From an uncultured Candidatus Saccharibacteria bacterium (GTDB lineage: Bacteria; Patescibacteriota; Minisyncoccia; Phycocordibacterales; Zambryskibacteraceae): DNA of 64,000 bases. The notes below the pieces were generated by a model. The model was not told the origin of the DNA. It ran no database searches and was given only the letters and a program-made list of their open reading frames with translations. The position numbers were made by a program, and so were the translations under genes. The stretch covers positions 60,385 through 124,384 of the forward strand of contig CAZDDU010000002.1 of NCBI GenBank assembly GCA_964504255.1, read 5' to 3'. How positions within the stretch are numbered: position 1 is the first letter of the stretch; each line of letters opens with the position of its first letter. Shown in pieces: positions 36,594 through 46,378 of the stretch.

Positions 36594-37451
36594 TTATATC
36601 CCTTCTTTTTTGAGTTCCTCGATGAGTTTCTTGGCGTCCTTAGAGAGCTTTTCGGGCATGTTCACCTTGATCCTGACATAGAGGTCACCACGCTTGTCCT
36701 TGCTCATAGGTACCCCCTTACCCTTCACCCTTAAGATTGTGCCAGTATTCGTGCCTTGAGGGACCTTGAGTACTATGTCGCCGTCTAGAGTCGCAATGCG
36801 GTGCTCGGCGCCTAGTAGAGCCTCAGAGAGCTTGATAGTGAGGTCCATGAGGAGGTTGTAACCCTCTTTCTTTAGGGTTGGGTGGCGACGCACATGTACC
36901 TTCACATATAGGTCTCCTGGCACCCCACCCTCTACAGTCTCACCCATAGCAGACATTCGGATCATCTGACCATCATCAATGCCTGGGGGTACGCTGATAG
37001 CCACCTCCTTCTGCTTCACCAGTTTGGAGTTGATAACCACCTTCCTGTCAGCACCAAAAACCGACTCGTGGAACGAGAGCTCGATGTCCACTGCAATGTC
37101 TCTACCCCTCCTTACTCGCCTACCGCCAAAGATTGATGAGAGTATGTCACCCAAGTCCCCTCCTTCGAATCCCGCCTGCGAGAAGTTGGAGAAGTCGAAG
37201 CCGAAGTCGTTTGGATTGAACCCTTGTCCTCCACCACCCATGCCACCAGTACTACCGAAGTTGTCGTACTGTGCGCGCTTCTGCTTGTCAGAGAGCACTG
37301 TGTAAGCCTCATTCAATTCTTTGAACTTGGCTTCGTCACCTGACTTCTTGTCTGGATGGTATTGATGTGCAAGTTTGCGAAAGGCCTTTTTGATTTCGTC
37401 CTCTGAAGCACCTCTCTCTATTCCTAATATTTTGTAATAGTCTTTAGACAT
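36594..37451 (-). CDS. dnaJ: DnaJ-class chaperone lacking the zinc-finger domain (type II / CbpA-like).
   Basis: J domain with HPD. A G/F region. C-terminal CTD I/II. No Cys residues at all. Confidence 0.8.
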   Translation of the reverse strand: MSKDYYKILGIERGASEDEIKKAFRKLAHQYHPDKKSGDEAKFKELNEAYTVLSDKQKRAQYDNFGSTGGMGGGGQGFNPNDFGFDFSNFSQAGFEGGDLGDILSSIFGGRRVRRGRDIAVDIELSFHESVFGADRKVVINSKLVKQKEVAISVPPGIDDGQMIRMSAMGETVEGGVPGDLYVKVHVRRHPTLKKEGYNLLMDLTIKLSEALLGAEHRIATLDGDIVLKVPQGTNTGTILRVKGKGVPMSKDKRGDLYVRIKVNMPEKLSKDAKKLIEELKKEGI

Positions 37452-39337
37452 TATTTAGCTTCTGATGTGTCTGCGTCCTTAATGTCTGGATTTTCAGTAT
37501 TCTCAGTTGGTTTTGCTTCCTCTGCATTCGGTGTTGCTTGGTTCTTATTTAAGTACTCACCAATTTTCTGCATCTCGGTTGATAGAGCTTCGCTCGCTGA
37601 CTTTATAGCATCTAGGTCTGTACCGTCCTTAACTTTCCTTAGGTCTTCAATCTTAGCGTTCACACCAGTCTTGATGTCTTCAGGTAGAGTTGGTGCGTCC
37701 TTGAGACCCTTCTCAGCGGTGTAGATAAGTTGCTCTGAGAGATTCTTGGCGTCGACGAGACTCTTCTTCTTCTCGTCCTCTGCTGCATTCATCTCTGCGT
37801 CCTTCTGCATCTTCTCAATCTCCTCTTTGGATAGTCCACTTGATGCCTCGATGCGGATAGACTGCTCCTTGCCTGTAGACTTGTCCTTGGCCTTCACTTG
37901 TAGAATACCGTTTGCATCTATATCGAAGGTGACCTCGATTTGTGGGAGACCACGAGGACTTGGTGGTATGCCGTCTAGTACGAACCTGCCAATAGACTTG
38001 TTGTCAGAAGCCATTGCTCTCTCTCCTTGCACGATGTGGATCTCAACCGATGGTTGGTTGTCTGCAGCAGTAGAGAATACTTGTGACTTAGCAGCTGGGA
38101 TGGTGGTGTTCTTCTCAATCAACTTAGTAGCGACTCCACCCATGGTCTCAATGCCGAAAGAAAGTGGAATGACATCCAAAAGTAGTATGTCTTTAACATC
38201 TCCAGTAATGATACCTCCTTGTACTGCAGCACCGAGCGCCACTACCTCGTCTGGGTTGATGCTTTTGTTAGGCTCTTTGCCGAAGAAGTTCTTCACACTC
38301 TCGGCGATCTTTGGCATCCTGGTCTGACCTCCGACTAGTAGCACCTCGTTGATCTCTCCGACTTTAAATGGAGAGGACTCTACTGCACGCTTGGTGATGG
38401 TCATTGCACGATCGACGAACTCTTGTGCGAGCTCTTCTAACTTCGCTCTATTCATCTTGAGGAGTAGGTGCTTTGGACCTGATGCGTCTGAGGTGATGAA
38501 TGGGATATTGATCTCGGTCTCTACTGCACTTGAGAGCTCGATCTTCGCCTTCTCTGCTGCTTCGTCTAGTCGCTGGAGTGCAAGCGCGTCTCCACGCACA
38601 TCAATGCCTGACTCCTTCTTGTACTCGTCTGCAATCCAGTTAAGGATCTTCTGGTCGATGTCCTTACCTCCAAGGTGCGAGTCTCCATCTGTGGACTTAA
38701 CCTCAACCACATCGTCACCAACCTCTAATATAGAAATATCAAATGTTCCTCCTCCGAAGTCGAAGACTGCGATCTTCTCATTCTTCTTCTTGTTCAAACC
38801 ATAGGCGAGTGCCGCTGCTGTAGGCTCGTTGATGATGCGCTTCACATCCAAGCCTGCGATCTGACCAGCGTCCTTGGTAGCCTGTCTCTGAGCATCGTTG
38901 AAGTATGCAGGAACGGTGATAACCGCTTCTGTGACCTTCTCTCCCAACCTCGCCTCTACATCTGCCTTGATCTTTTGCAAGATCATTGCCGAGATCTCCT
39001 CTGGGCGGTAGTCCTTGTCGTTCATCTTGACCACTACCCCTCCTTGAGGACCTTCCTTAACCTCATATGGCACAACAGCCTTATCCTTCTGAGTAGAAGG
39101 TTCTGCGAAGGTGTGTCCGATGAAGCGTTTGATACCAAAGACTGTGTTCTTAGGGTTTGTTACCGCCTGCCTCTTCGCAAGTAGACCGACGAGTCTCTCT
39201 CCAGTCTTAGACACTGCGACAATAGAGGGTGTAGTACGAGCACCCTCGCTGTTCTCCATTATTTTTGGACTCCCAGCTTCCATAACTGCGACTGCTGAGA
39301 AAGTTGTACCCAAGTCGATGCCGATTATTTTAGCCAT
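37451..39337 (-). CDS. dnaK: Chaperone DnaK (Hsp70).
   Basis: [14 protein letters not shown] and DLGGGTFD. 628 aa. Confidence 0.95.
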   Translation of the reverse strand: MAKIIGIDLGTTFSAVAVMEAGSPKIMENSEGARTTPSIVAVSKTGERLVGLLAKRQAVTNPKNTVFGIKRFIGHTFAEPSTQKDKAVVPYEVKEGPQGGVVVKMNDKDYRPEEISAMILQKIKADVEARLGEKVTEAVITVPAYFNDAQRQATKDAGQIAGLDVKRIINEPTAAALAYGLNKKKNEKIAVFDFGGGTFDISILEVGDDVVEVKSTDGDSHLGGKDIDQKILNWIADEYKKESGIDVRGDALALQRLDEAAEKAKIELSSAVETEINIPFITSDASGPKHLLLKMNRAKLEELAQEFVDRAMTITKRAVESSPFKVGEINEVLLVGGQTRMPKIAESVKNFFGKEPNKSINPDEVVALGAAVQGGIITGDVKDILLLDVIPLSFGIETMGGVATKLIEKNTTIPAAKSQVFSTAADNQPSVEIHIVQGERAMASDNKSIGRFVLDGIPPSPRGLPQIEVTFDIDANGILQVKAKDKSTGKEQSIRIEASSGLSKEEIEKMQKDAEMNAAEDEKKKSLVDAKNLSEQLIYTAEKGLKDAPTLPEDIKTGVNAKIEDLRKVKDGTDLDAIKSASEALSTEMQKIGEYLNKNQATPNAEEAKPTENTENPDIKDADTSEAK

Positions 39338-39347
39338 GGTTGTGTTG

Positions 39348-39899
39348 TTAGTATCTATTAATCTTGTACTCCCCTGTCTTTACAATAGCAGCGCGGAGAG
39401 TTTTGCCTGATAGTATATAACCTTTCTGCACTACTTCAAGAATCTGATTATCTTCCTCTGGATTCTCTGTCTCTACTACCCCTATCGCCTCATGGTGCTT
39501 GGGGTCAAACATCTCGTGGAGCGGATTCACCTCTTCCAGCCCGTGTGTTTTAAGAATCTTTAGGAGCTGCTTGTGTATTGGTTTGGATCCTTCGTCTCCG
39601 TGAGTCTCAGCGAGGGTGAAGCTGTCGAGTACCGGTATGAGCTCGCTCACTACATCGCTCTTAGCAAACTTTATAAACTCCACCCTATCGTCCTCGTCTC
39701 TCTTACGCAGGTTGACGAAGTCGGCCTTGGCTCTCTGCAATTCATTTAAGTATTCCTTGGCTTTCTCCTCGGCTGCCTTGAGCTTCTCCTTCAGTTTCTT
39801 AATAGTATCGCCCTGATGCTCTTCGGCTAGCACGGAGTCGTCCAAGTCTGACTCAGAATCTATCTGAATATCATCGTTTTCCTGCATAATTGCCCGCAT
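39348..39899 (-). CDS. grpE: Nucleotide exchange factor GrpE.
   Basis: 183 aa. A coiled-coil tail plus a GrpE beta-domain. It is the first gene of the dnaK operon. Confidence 0.9.
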   Translation of the reverse strand: MRAIMQENDDIQIDSESDLDDSVLAEEHQGDTIKKLKEKLKAAEEKAKEYLNELQRAKADFVNLRKRDEDDRVEFIKFAKSDVVSELIPVLDSFTLAETHGDEGSKPIHKQLLKILKTHGLEEVNPLHEMFDPKHHEAIGVVETENPEEDNQILEVVQKGYILSGKTLRAAIVKTGEYKINRY

Positions 39900-39944
39900 T
39901 ATAACCGGTTTTTACCTCTAAATCAAGAGGTGATTTAGAAACAA

Positions 39945-41036
39945 TTAGTTTCTTTTAAACGAATTAAGAACCTTATTGTATGCATCAATATCTACTCTAG
40001 CCTCGTTCCCATACACATAAACAGGTTCTTTCAAATCAAACTCTTTTCGTTCTATGTACCTATTTAATTGCACGCTTACTACTGAGGTACCAGATAAAAA
40101 CTCAAAACCTTCTCCATTTTCTCCTGCATCATAAGCCCAGCTAAAACCATAGCCATCGATATTACCAAGCTTTCTTGGTTCATAGAAATAAACTGACTTA
40201 TTAGCCACCCTGTAAGGATAAACACTTTGTTTTTGGACATCCAGGAATCTATTCAAAGTTGAAGAGCTGTATGTGGTGTCATTGATTCTTATTTCCAACA
40301 CTTTTATATCCTCTCCAAATCCATTAATACTGCCAGGATGGATAACTTCAATTGTTGAGAATGCCCACTTGTATTTTGGGTCATTTTGGGTAGTTTCCTT
40401 CAATGTGTAATCAGAGGGATACTCAAAACTGAACTTATATTTATCGTTTCTGTATGTCTTTTCTTTCGAAGTATCAATTGATTTTATTGTACGTAATATT
40501 CTCTCATAGGTATTAAATGGTTCTCCGGTTATTTGAGCTCTCCAGTTAGAGTCATTCAAATTAAAATAATAGTAATGCAATCTCCATTCATCATCACCCA
40601 TTTGTCCTGTATATGTTTGATACTTAACTTTTATTAATGAATTCATTAGTTCAGATTCTGATTCAAGCCTCTTAAAGTCAGGTATCTTACAAACATCATT
40701 TTGTATTTCAAGGTTATAACCAATTGAAACCCTCGCGTATGGTAGCACACAGTCATTATATGAAGACTCGGAAACATAAGTGTCTACTATTTCATAAGTA
40801 ACTTCCATATCTTTAGGGTACTTAAACTCAAAGCCCAACTCCTCGCTTCTATAAGTCAGCCAATCAGATAAATTATCCGTAGACGTCTGAGGGGTCTCCT
40901 TTAATAGTTCTGATGCATGAGGAATTACTTGTGGTTGGTTTATTTCAAATGTATCTGCGGTTTTATAGAAACTATAAAGACTCCAGGTGGTAATCAAAAG
41001 AAATACCAATATTAATCCAATCAATATTCTTCTCAT
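39945..41036 (-). CDS. Secreted/anchored hypothetical protein with two internal repeats.
   Basis: An N-terminal TM helix. The repeats read GFEFKYPKDMEVTYE and KFSFEYPSDYTLKE. Rich in Tyr, Asn and Trp. Confidence 0.5.
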   Translation of the reverse strand: MRRILIGLILVFLLITTWSLYSFYKTADTFEINQPQVIPHASELLKETPQTSTDNLSDWLTYRSEELGFEFKYPKDMEVTYEIVDTYVSESSYNDCVLPYARVSIGYNLEIQNDVCKIPDFKRLESESELMNSLIKVKYQTYTGQMGDDEWRLHYYYFNLNDSNWRAQITGEPFNTYERILRTIKSIDTSKEKTYRNDKYKFSFEYPSDYTLKETTQNDPKYKWAFSTIEVIHPGSINGFGEDIKVLEIRINDTTYSSSTLNRFLDVQKQSVYPYRVANKSVYFYEPRKLGNIDGYGFSWAYDAGENGEGFEFLSGTSVVSVQLNRYIERKEFDLKEPVYVYGNEARVDIDAYNKVLNSFKRN

Positions 41037-41051
41037 GAATTAATTTTATCA

Positions 41052-41076
41052 CAAACAAAAACCCGCCTTTCGGCGG
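41052..41076 (-). terminator. Terminator after rpsI.
   Basis: CCGCC-gaaa-GGCGG followed by GTTTTTGTTTG on the minus strand. Confidence 0.5.
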
Positions 41077-41086
41077 ATTGTTGTAA

Positions 41087-41491
41087 CTATCTCTTACTCC
41101 ACTGTGGAGACTTACGGGCCTTTTTGAGACCGAACTTCTTGCGCTCGACGGCTCGAGGATCTCGCTTGAGGAAGCCTTTAACCTTCAATTTACCTCTTAG
41201 GTTTTTATCATAAATCTCTAGTGCTCTAGCAATACCGTGTGAGACTGCTACAGATTGTGAGGAGATACCACCACCAACGACCTTTACTGTTACCTTGAAC
41301 TTCTGAGTTACCTCTGCGGCATCAAAGGTTGATGTAACATTCCTTCTAAGCTCAGCAACTGGGAAGTAGTCCTCGAAAGGTCTCTCGTTAACCTCGATAT
41401 GAGTCTTGGCTGCAGGTGTAATGCGAACACGAGCAATAGAGGTCTTCCTGCGTCCTGTTGCACCTATGTATCTCTCTGCTTTTTCTGCCAT
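41087..41491 (-). CDS. rpsI: Ribosomal protein S9.
   Basis: C-terminus ...GLKKARKSPQWSKR. Confidence 0.9.
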   Translation of the reverse strand: MAEKAERYIGATGRRKTSIARVRITPAAKTHIEVNERPFEDYFPVAELRRNVTSTFDAAEVTQKFKVTVKVVGGGISSQSVAVSHGIARALEIYDKNLRGKLKVKGFLKRDPRAVERKKFGLKKARKSPQWSKR

Positions 41492-41495
41492 ATAT

Positions 41496-41840
41496 TTAGT
41501 CGGTGATTTTTAAATTCTTGATCATACGAGGTCGGAGCTTGTTCTTAGGAAGCATGCCAAGGACAGCGCGGCGAAGCACTTCCTTACCACCCTTCTTGTC
41601 GATCATCTGCTTCATAGAAGGAAGCTTGAGAGAACCTGGGTAACCAGAGTGTGAGGCGTACTTCTTATCAATAAGCTTCTTAGCGTCGAAAGACATTGAG
41701 TTAGCATTGGTCACCTCGATCTCCACCTCAGGCATTGTGTTCTTGGCGAAGTCAGCTCGGTTCTTACCCATGAGAAGTACCGCTAGCTCTGCTGCTAGTC
41801 GTCCTGGCTTCTTGTCTGTAGCATCGAATGTGTACTTCAT
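41496..41840 (-). CDS. rplM: Ribosomal protein L13.
   Basis: The N-terminus reads MKYTFDATDKKPGRLAAELAVLL, a uL13-like sequence. 114 aa. Confidence 0.85.
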   Translation of the reverse strand: MKYTFDATDKKPGRLAAELAVLLMGKNRADFAKNTMPEVEIEVTNANSMSFDAKKLIDKKYASHSGYPGSLKLPSMKQMIDKKGGKEVLRRAVLGMLPKNKLRPRMIKNLKITD

Positions 41841-41848
41841 ATATTTAT

Positions 41849-42196
41849 TTAAACGAATTCTATTACAGCCATCTTTGCACCATCAGAGTCTCTGCGCACA
41901 AGCTTGGTGATACGAGTGTATCCACCCTCACGCTTCTTGTAGGTAGTAGCAAGAGAACTAGCGATCTTCTCTGCGGCCATCTTGCCTACACGAGAGGTCA
42001 AAAGTCTCTTAGAAGCTGGAGTCTCCTTCTTCCCCATGGTTACCAGCTTCTCAACATAAGGCCTGAGCTCCTTGGCCTTAGCCTCGGTAGTCTTGATCTT
42101 GCCCTCGAGCACCAAGTTGTGCGCCAAAGACTTCATCAAGGCCTTTCTTTGGCCTGCTACTCTTCCGAATTTTCTGTTGGCGTTATGATGTCTCAT
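41849..42196 (-). CDS. rplQ: Ribosomal protein L17.
   Basis: MRHHNANRKFGRVAGQRKALMKSLA. Confidence 0.9.
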   Translation of the reverse strand: MRHHNANRKFGRVAGQRKALMKSLAHNLVLEGKIKTTEAKAKELRPYVEKLVTMGKKETPASKRLLTSRVGKMAAEKIASSLATTYKKREGGYTRITKLVRRDSDGAKMAVIEFV

Positions 42197-42215
42197 GGGA
42201 GCACTAATTTATACA

Positions 42216-43172
42216 CTATTTGAGCGTAATTCCAAACTCGCCCAAAGCTTTCTTGATCTCTTGGATGCCCTTTGAGCCTAGACCCTCGATCTCTAGGAGA
42301 TCCTTCTCCTTCTTCCTTGCGAGGCCACCTAGGGTACGAATGTTGCCGTTGTTTAGAGCATTCTGAGTTCTAGAAGAGAGGTCTAGAGACTCAACTCTGG
42401 TCTTTAGGATCTCAGGGTCGAGTTCCGACTTAATGCCGTCATGATCTGCAGTAGGCATCGTCGACATAGGCACCTCCTCCTCCTTGAATCCAATGATAGC
42501 CTTCAACTGGTTGATCATGATCTCGATAGACTTGGTAAGCGCATCGTTAGATGAGATAGTACCGTCGGTCTCGATAGAGAGTTTTAGCTTGTTGAAGTCA
42601 GTTCTGTCACCAACGCGCATGTTCTCTACCTCGTAGCTCACTCGTCTAATAGGGGTGAAGATTGCGTCCAGTGCGATGAAGCCAATGTCCACTCTCTCCT
42701 TCTGTAATACATCCTTCTGGATGAATCCAAGACCCTTCTCTGCTCTCATCTCGATTTCAAGAGTTGTAGACTTGTCAGTGATAGTAGCGATGTGCTGGTC
42801 TGGGTTAAGGATCTCAACTTGGCCAGGAAGTTCGATGTCAGCGGCTGTAACCTCTTTGTCACCCTTGATCTTAAGAGTTAGTGTCTGAGCTTCGTCTGTA
42901 GAGAAGCGCATACGAACCTTCTTTAGGTTAAGAAGGATAGTGATTACATCTTCTTTAACACCGTCGATAACTGAGAACTCGTGTGAGACACCAGAAATTT
43001 TAACTGAGGTAATAGCGACACCAGGAAGAGATGAGAGAATAATCCTTCTCAAGCTATTGCCTAGGGTGTGACCGTATCCAGGGTAAAGACCCTCGATCTC
43101 ATAAACGCCAGAGAGTCCCTCCTCAGAGACGATCTTTGGCTTCGAAGGTAGAAGAATTGTGTGATCTGCCAT
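42216..43172 (-). CDS. rpoA: RNA polymerase alpha subunit.
   Basis: An NTD dimerisation domain plus a C-terminal domain (…SRTQNALNNGNIRTLGGL). Confidence 0.9.
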   Translation of the reverse strand: MADHTILLPSKPKIVSEEGLSGVYEIEGLYPGYGHTLGNSLRRIILSSLPGVAITSVKISGVSHEFSVIDGVKEDVITILLNLKKVRMRFSTDEAQTLTLKIKGDKEVTAADIELPGQVEILNPDQHIATITDKSTTLEIEMRAEKGLGFIQKDVLQKERVDIGFIALDAIFTPIRRVSYEVENMRVGDRTDFNKLKLSIETDGTISSNDALTKSIEIMINQLKAIIGFKEEEVPMSTMPTADHDGIKSELDPEILKTRVESLDLSSRTQNALNNGNIRTLGGLARKKEKDLLEIEGLGSKGIQEIKKALGEFGITLK

Positions 43173-43196
43173 ATGTTTGTTAAATAAATATTAAAA

Positions 43197-43802
43197 TTAT
43201 CGGCTATAAAATTCGATAACCGCACCAAGGTCAAAAACTGATGCACTCTTCTCATATACTGGCTTACCCATGACCTTCGACTCGGCCTTCTCTGGATTTA
43301 CAGTGAGCCAAGCTGGCACAGGGGCCTGCTTGAGGCGCTCGTCGACGCCTAAGAAGAGAGCGCTCTTTTGGCTCCCCTCACGCACACTAACCACATCGCC
43401 CTCACGAAGCTCGATCGAAGGCACAGTCACACGACCACCATTAACAGTGGTGTGACCGTGAGAAGCCATTTGTCTTGCTTGGAGTCTGGTCTTAGCAAAG
43501 CCAGAGCGATAAAGAACGTTATCGAGTCTAGACTCTAGAGCCTGGAAGAGCTTCTGAGTTGGCTCTGGAGCGTGTAGAGATTTCTTCACATACTTGGCGA
43601 ACTGCTTCTCAGTCACACCGTAGGAGAAGCGGGCTTTCTGCTTCTCTATAAGTTGCTTGCCGAACTCTGACTTTGGTCTAGTTGGCATTTGGTCGTTCTT
43701 CTCCTTCTTTGAGAGTGAGAGTGCGTACTTAGGGCCTTGAGTCTTCTCAAATATAGGGGCACCGAGTCTTCTAGCTAGCTTGTATTTTGGTCCAATTTTC
43801 AT
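43197..43802 (-). CDS. rpsD: Ribosomal protein S4.
   Basis: MKIGPKYKLARRLGAPIF plus an S4 domain. Confidence 0.9.
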   Translation of the reverse strand: MKIGPKYKLARRLGAPIFEKTQGPKYALSLSKKEKNDQMPTRPKSEFGKQLIEKQKARFSYGVTEKQFAKYVKKSLHAPEPTQKLFQALESRLDNVLYRSGFAKTRLQARQMASHGHTTVNGGRVTVPSIELREGDVVSVREGSQKSALFLGVDERLKQAPVPAWLTVNPEKAESKVMGKPVYEKSASVFDLGAVIEFYSR

Positions 43803-43832
43803 AAAATTTTTATTTATAGTGAGCTTGTCGAA

Positions 43833-44267
43833 CTATGCTCTTCGAGGCTTAGGTGGTTTAGGACCGTTATGAGGCACAGGTGTCCTGTCTGTAATAGTAG
43901 TGAGGTTAATACCCTTAGAGATAAAGCCTCTGATAGCTGACTCGCGGCCAGAGCCAACGCCACGGACGTTCACACTGACTTCCTTAACGCCGAGGAGGAG
44001 TGCCTTGTCGCCGATAACCTCGCCAATCTTGGCCGCTGCGAAAGGAGTTCCCTTCTTAGCACCTTTGAAGCCTAGGGCTCCAGAAGTCGACCAAGCTACT
44101 ACGTTACCCTTCTCATCAGCAAGAACAACCTTAGTGTTGTTATAAGTTGACTCGACATTGAGGATGCCTGTTTCTAGGCGCTTTTTGCCACTAGTCTTAG
44201 GCTGAGCCGCTACTGCTGGCTTTGCATCCTCCTTGCCCTCTGTTTCTATGATTCTTTTTTTACCCAT
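43833..44267 (-). CDS. rpsK: Ribosomal protein S11.
   Basis: …GILNVESTYNNTKVVLADEKGNVVAWSTSG…. Confidence 0.9.
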   Translation of the reverse strand: MGKKRIIETEGKEDAKPAVAAQPKTSGKKRLETGILNVESTYNNTKVVLADEKGNVVAWSTSGALGFKGAKKGTPFAAAKIGEVIGDKALLLGVKEVSVNVRGVGSGRESAIRGFISKGINLTTITDRTPVPHNGPKPPKPRRA

Positions 44268-44272
44268 ATATT

Positions 44273-44653
44273 TTATGTCTTTTCTACTGCACGGCGACCA
44301 GTACCCATGGTCTTTCGGACGTTACCTCTTCTTGTACGAGAGTTGGTCTTGGTCCTCTGACCACGGACTGGCATACCTCTCTGATGTCTGACACCTCTGT
44401 AGGCCTTGATATCCTTAAGTCTCTTGATGTTTGCCTGAACTTCGCGCTTTAGGTCACCTTCGAGAGTAATCTTTTCTATAATAGATCTGATCTTGTTCTC
44501 CTCCTCAATATTTATATCCTTTGGTCTCTTAGACCTTTCTACCTTGGCCTCAGAGAGGATGGCTGCTGCACGGGATCTACCGATGCCAAAAAGGACAGTT
44601 AGTCCAATATCAATGCGTTTATCTTCTGGTATGGTAATTCCGAGTAATCTCAT
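44273..44653 (-). CDS. rpsM: Ribosomal protein S13.
   Basis: MRLLGITIPEDKRIDIGLT and a basic C-terminal tail. Confidence 0.88.
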   Translation of the reverse strand: MRLLGITIPEDKRIDIGLTVLFGIGRSRAAAILSEAKVERSKRPKDINIEEENKIRSIIEKITLEGDLKREVQANIKRLKDIKAYRGVRHQRGMPVRGQRTKTNSRTRRGNVRKTMGTGRRAVEKT

Positions 44654-44770
44654 TTAACCTTGTCGCTGCTTGTGTCTAGCGTTAGCTTTGCAAATAACAT
44701 ACACGTATCCCTTGCGCCTAACAATCTGGCACTGACCGCACATTTTCTTGACAGATGCCTTTACTTTCAT
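44654..44770 (-). CDS. rpmJ: Ribosomal protein L36. Not in the ORF track.
   Basis: [38 protein letters not shown]. Confidence 0.85.
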   Translation of the reverse strand: MKVKASVKKMCGQCQIVRRKGYVYVICKANARHKQRQG

Positions 44771-44818
44771 AGAGAAAACACATTGTAACCGAGTGCTAGT
44801 TTTCTGTCAACTAGGGCT

Positions 44819-45034
44819 CTACAGACGCTTAATAATGCGAGGCTTGCCTCCGTATGGCTCTAACTCAAGTATTACTCTGTCGCCTACAAGGACCCTGATT
44901 CTATGCAGTCTCATCTTGCCAGATAGGTAGGTCAAAATCTCTTCATCTGACCCATCAATCTTCACCTTAAACATGATGTTTGGTAGGGCCTCGGTGACTG
45001 TGCCTGTTCTTTCTAGCTCTTGGTTATGTGCCAT
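44819..45034 (-). CDS. infA: Translation initiation factor IF-1.
   Basis: An S1-like OB fold: GTVTEALPNIMFKVKIDG... Confidence 0.9.
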   Translation of the reverse strand: MAHNQELERTGTVTEALPNIMFKVKIDGSDEEILTYLSGKMRLHRIRVLVGDRVILELEPYGGKPRIIKRL

Positions 45035-46362
45035 TATTCCTGAACCTCTATCTTAATCTTTGTTTCGTCAGATGGGAAGCTCGACTTCCAGAAGGGTCTA
45101 ATGACAGCAGATGCCTCTATGATAGATGGATACCCCTTAAGGATCTCAAATAGATCTGATTCTTCCTTGCCTTTGATGTCAGCGAGTAGAGAGGCTTCGT
45201 CGGTGATTGAGATAATGGTAGCTGATCCGATGAAAGAGAGCTTGATGGCTTGTGTACTAGTAGCTTCGGTATTAACTAGTGATGCGCTCAGCTTTGATGT
45301 ATCAACGAAGTCGACTGGTGCGCCGACCTTATCAGCCCCAAGCTTCTGGACTGCCAAGTACTGAGCAAGATCAGTCTTCTTAAAGATCCAGGCGCTTAGG
45401 TCACCCCTTAAGGCCACCTTAGCCTTACCTTGACCTCCCGCCTCTGTTGGTAATAGTTCATAAGCAACTTTGTTAAGTCCTGGAAAGAGTATGTAGCCCT
45501 CTGGAGTCTGACCAAGAATCTGAGTATCTAAATCAGTCTTAACCTGTGTTTCAAGTGAGGTTCTTGCTCCGGCTAGAGCCTCTGCACTCACTTTCTTTCT
45601 CAAGCCAATGAATCCTCCAGACATATTAGTCTTAGATCTACCGTATACCTTACTAAAGCGTGGGGTTCCCTTAAGTCCAGGTAAAGTGAAGTCGGAGAGT
45701 GTGATGTTGTACTCCTGACCAGGCTGATCAGCTACAACCTCAACTTCCAAGTTGCTTTTAGCCTTAACCGTTACATCGGCCTCTAATCTAAACACCTTAC
45801 CATCAGAGGATTCGAAGCGAGTACTCTTAACCAATTGCTGATCTGTAGATTGCTCGTTATAAATAGCGATGCGACCCTTAGCCTTCTCAGAAACAGTTTC
45901 GTCACCAGTAGCTTCCACCTCGATGCTCTTAGTGCTGGAGAGCTTTATGGTGCTATAGACCAAAGCACTCGTACTTGCATTTGGGTAAGCAGAGTATGTG
46001 TCATTTGCGAAGGCAACTGATGTTACCTTGGGCTTGTAGGTTAGCACTGCACCATTCCTTAGTGTAATAAACATAAGAACGATAAGAACGGTTACAAGTA
46101 TGCCACCAACTATTTTCTTTGTGCTCTTGTGCCTTGCTGGCTCTACATCACCATAACTGAGTCTGGGCTCAGACCTGAAAACATTTGATGCACTAATAGG
46201 AGTGCTGACAGGTGCCCTTTCTGGCACAACCGCTTCTCTAGGTATTTCTCTTGCCTCTCGTACAAACGAAGGCCTTACATCATCAGTTTTCCTGATTGGT
46301 ATTGGGATGTCTCGGATACTCTTTCTACTTGAATGAACTACATCTTCTATTTTCTTTGGCAT
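45034..46362 (-). CDS. Bitopic hypothetical protein. The cytoplasmic tail is Pro/Arg-rich and the extracytoplasmic domain is large.
   Basis: One TM helix (ILVTVLIVLMFITL). 442 aa. It lies downstream of the actin-fold gene. Confidence 0.45.
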   Translation of the reverse strand: MPKKIEDVVHSSRKSIRDIPIPIRKTDDVRPSFVREAREIPREAVVPERAPVSTPISASNVFRSEPRLSYGDVEPARHKSTKKIVGGILVTVLIVLMFITLRNGAVLTYKPKVTSVAFANDTYSAYPNASTSALVYSTIKLSSTKSIEVEATGDETVSEKAKGRIAIYNEQSTDQQLVKSTRFESSDGKVFRLEADVTVKAKSNLEVEVVADQPGQEYNITLSDFTLPGLKGTPRFSKVYGRSKTNMSGGFIGLRKKVSAEALAGARTSLETQVKTDLDTQILGQTPEGYILFPGLNKVAYELLPTEAGGQGKAKVALRGDLSAWIFKKTDLAQYLAVQKLGADKVGAPVDFVDTSKLSASLVNTEATSTQAIKLSFIGSATIISITDEASLLADIKGKEESDLFEILKGYPSIIEASAVIRPFWKSSFPSDETKIKIEVQE

Positions 46363-46378
46363 TTGAGTAAATTGTATA

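Noticed and set aside
39900-39960. A CIRCE/HrcA operator upstream of grpE.
   Set aside because: No TTAGCACTC-N9-GAGTGCTAA-like sequence is present. Only the shorter, unrelated palindromes noted above are there.
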